64,000 bases of DNA from Octopus sinensis. Taxonomy: Eukaryota. Positions 63,311 through 64,000 of this stretch are shown piece after piece. The stretch covers positions 64,418,001-64,482,000 of the forward strand of contig NC_043006.1 of assembly GCF_006345805.1 (NCBI RefSeq), in the 5' to 3' direction. How positions within the stretch are numbered: the first letter of the stretch is position 1; each line of letters starts with the position of its first letter. Made by a program: the position numbers and the translations under genes. The notes below the pieces were generated by a model. The model did no database searches, was not told the DNA's origin, and saw nothing but the letters and a program-made list of their open reading frames with translations.

Positions 63311-64000
63311 CCCCATACACACACGCACACCCATATATACAGTTCCAGATACATTTTTTAATATATGTTAATGCAATAGTTTTTTTCCTACCTTATCCTG
63401 TGATACATCTGGACAAATCAATACTGATGCTCCCTGGGATTATCAGGTGTTTCAGTAACCGGACTCCTTCGCTCAGGCAACTTAACCATGGTCGATCAAT
63501 CCCCACCGTGCGTTCAGTTAGCTCCGCCCCTTCCAAAGCTCATAGGTCCTAGTTCATAACCACCTTAAGGCATACTGAGAAGGGAAATGAGAGAAAGAGA
63601 GGGAGAGACACAGACAGACAGAAAAAAGAAAGAAAGAGAGAGAGAAGGAAAGAAAGAAGAAAGAAAGAAAGAAAGAAGAAAGAAAGAAGGAATGGGAGAG
63701 AGAAAGGAAGAGAACAGAATAGAATGAAACATGCTTAAACAAGCTGTATTCCCACTGAGGTGGGAAGCAGAGAATTCACAGTCAGGTCCCCCCTCTGCAG
63801 AGCCTACAACATCAGTTCTCAACTGCGGCTCCCAGAGGCCGCACGCAGCTCTCAAGCACCCCCTCGACGGTCTTCTCTCTATAAATATAACAACAATTTT
63901 CTTTCTTGGATTTGTACTTTACATTTTTTGGTGCGAACCCCTAAAAAAGTCCAGGTTTAGGATTTGGTTTGGATATTAAGAACGTTGAAAATCTCTGGGC

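Overview
Eukaryotic, AT-rich, extremely microsatellite-dense non-genic DNA (intergenic or intronic). The repeat landscape looks like a cephalopod (Octopus-like) genome; this is an inference. I can support no host protein-coding exon, and almost all short ORFs in the track are translated microsatellites. The window is a mosaic of transposable elements: a near-intact 4.9 kb Tx1/L1-clade LINE (ORF1 zinc knuckle plus APE-RT ORF2), a second truncated Tx1 subfamily, Dong/R4, RTE, CR1-like and Penelope (GIY-YIG) fragments, a decayed Gypsy element lacking its RT core, maT/Tc1/mariner/hAT/Helitron-type DNA elements, three tRNA-headed SINE types, and a 28S rRNA fragment. Five things stand out. (1) About ten different short repeat families carry type I hammerhead-ribozyme (HHR) folds, several arranged as outward-facing palindromes that mirror the Penelope element in the same window. 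(2) One SINE shares its 3' stem-loop tail with both Tx1 LINEs. (3) A 28S rRNA piece is fused in sense to a SINE tail. (4) There is an HDV-like ribozyme fold in an RTE-like 5' region. (5) There is a young 3 x 761 bp tandem array with a 30 bp terminal redundancy. All folds and alignments were done by eye; family names come from recalled motifs, not database searches.
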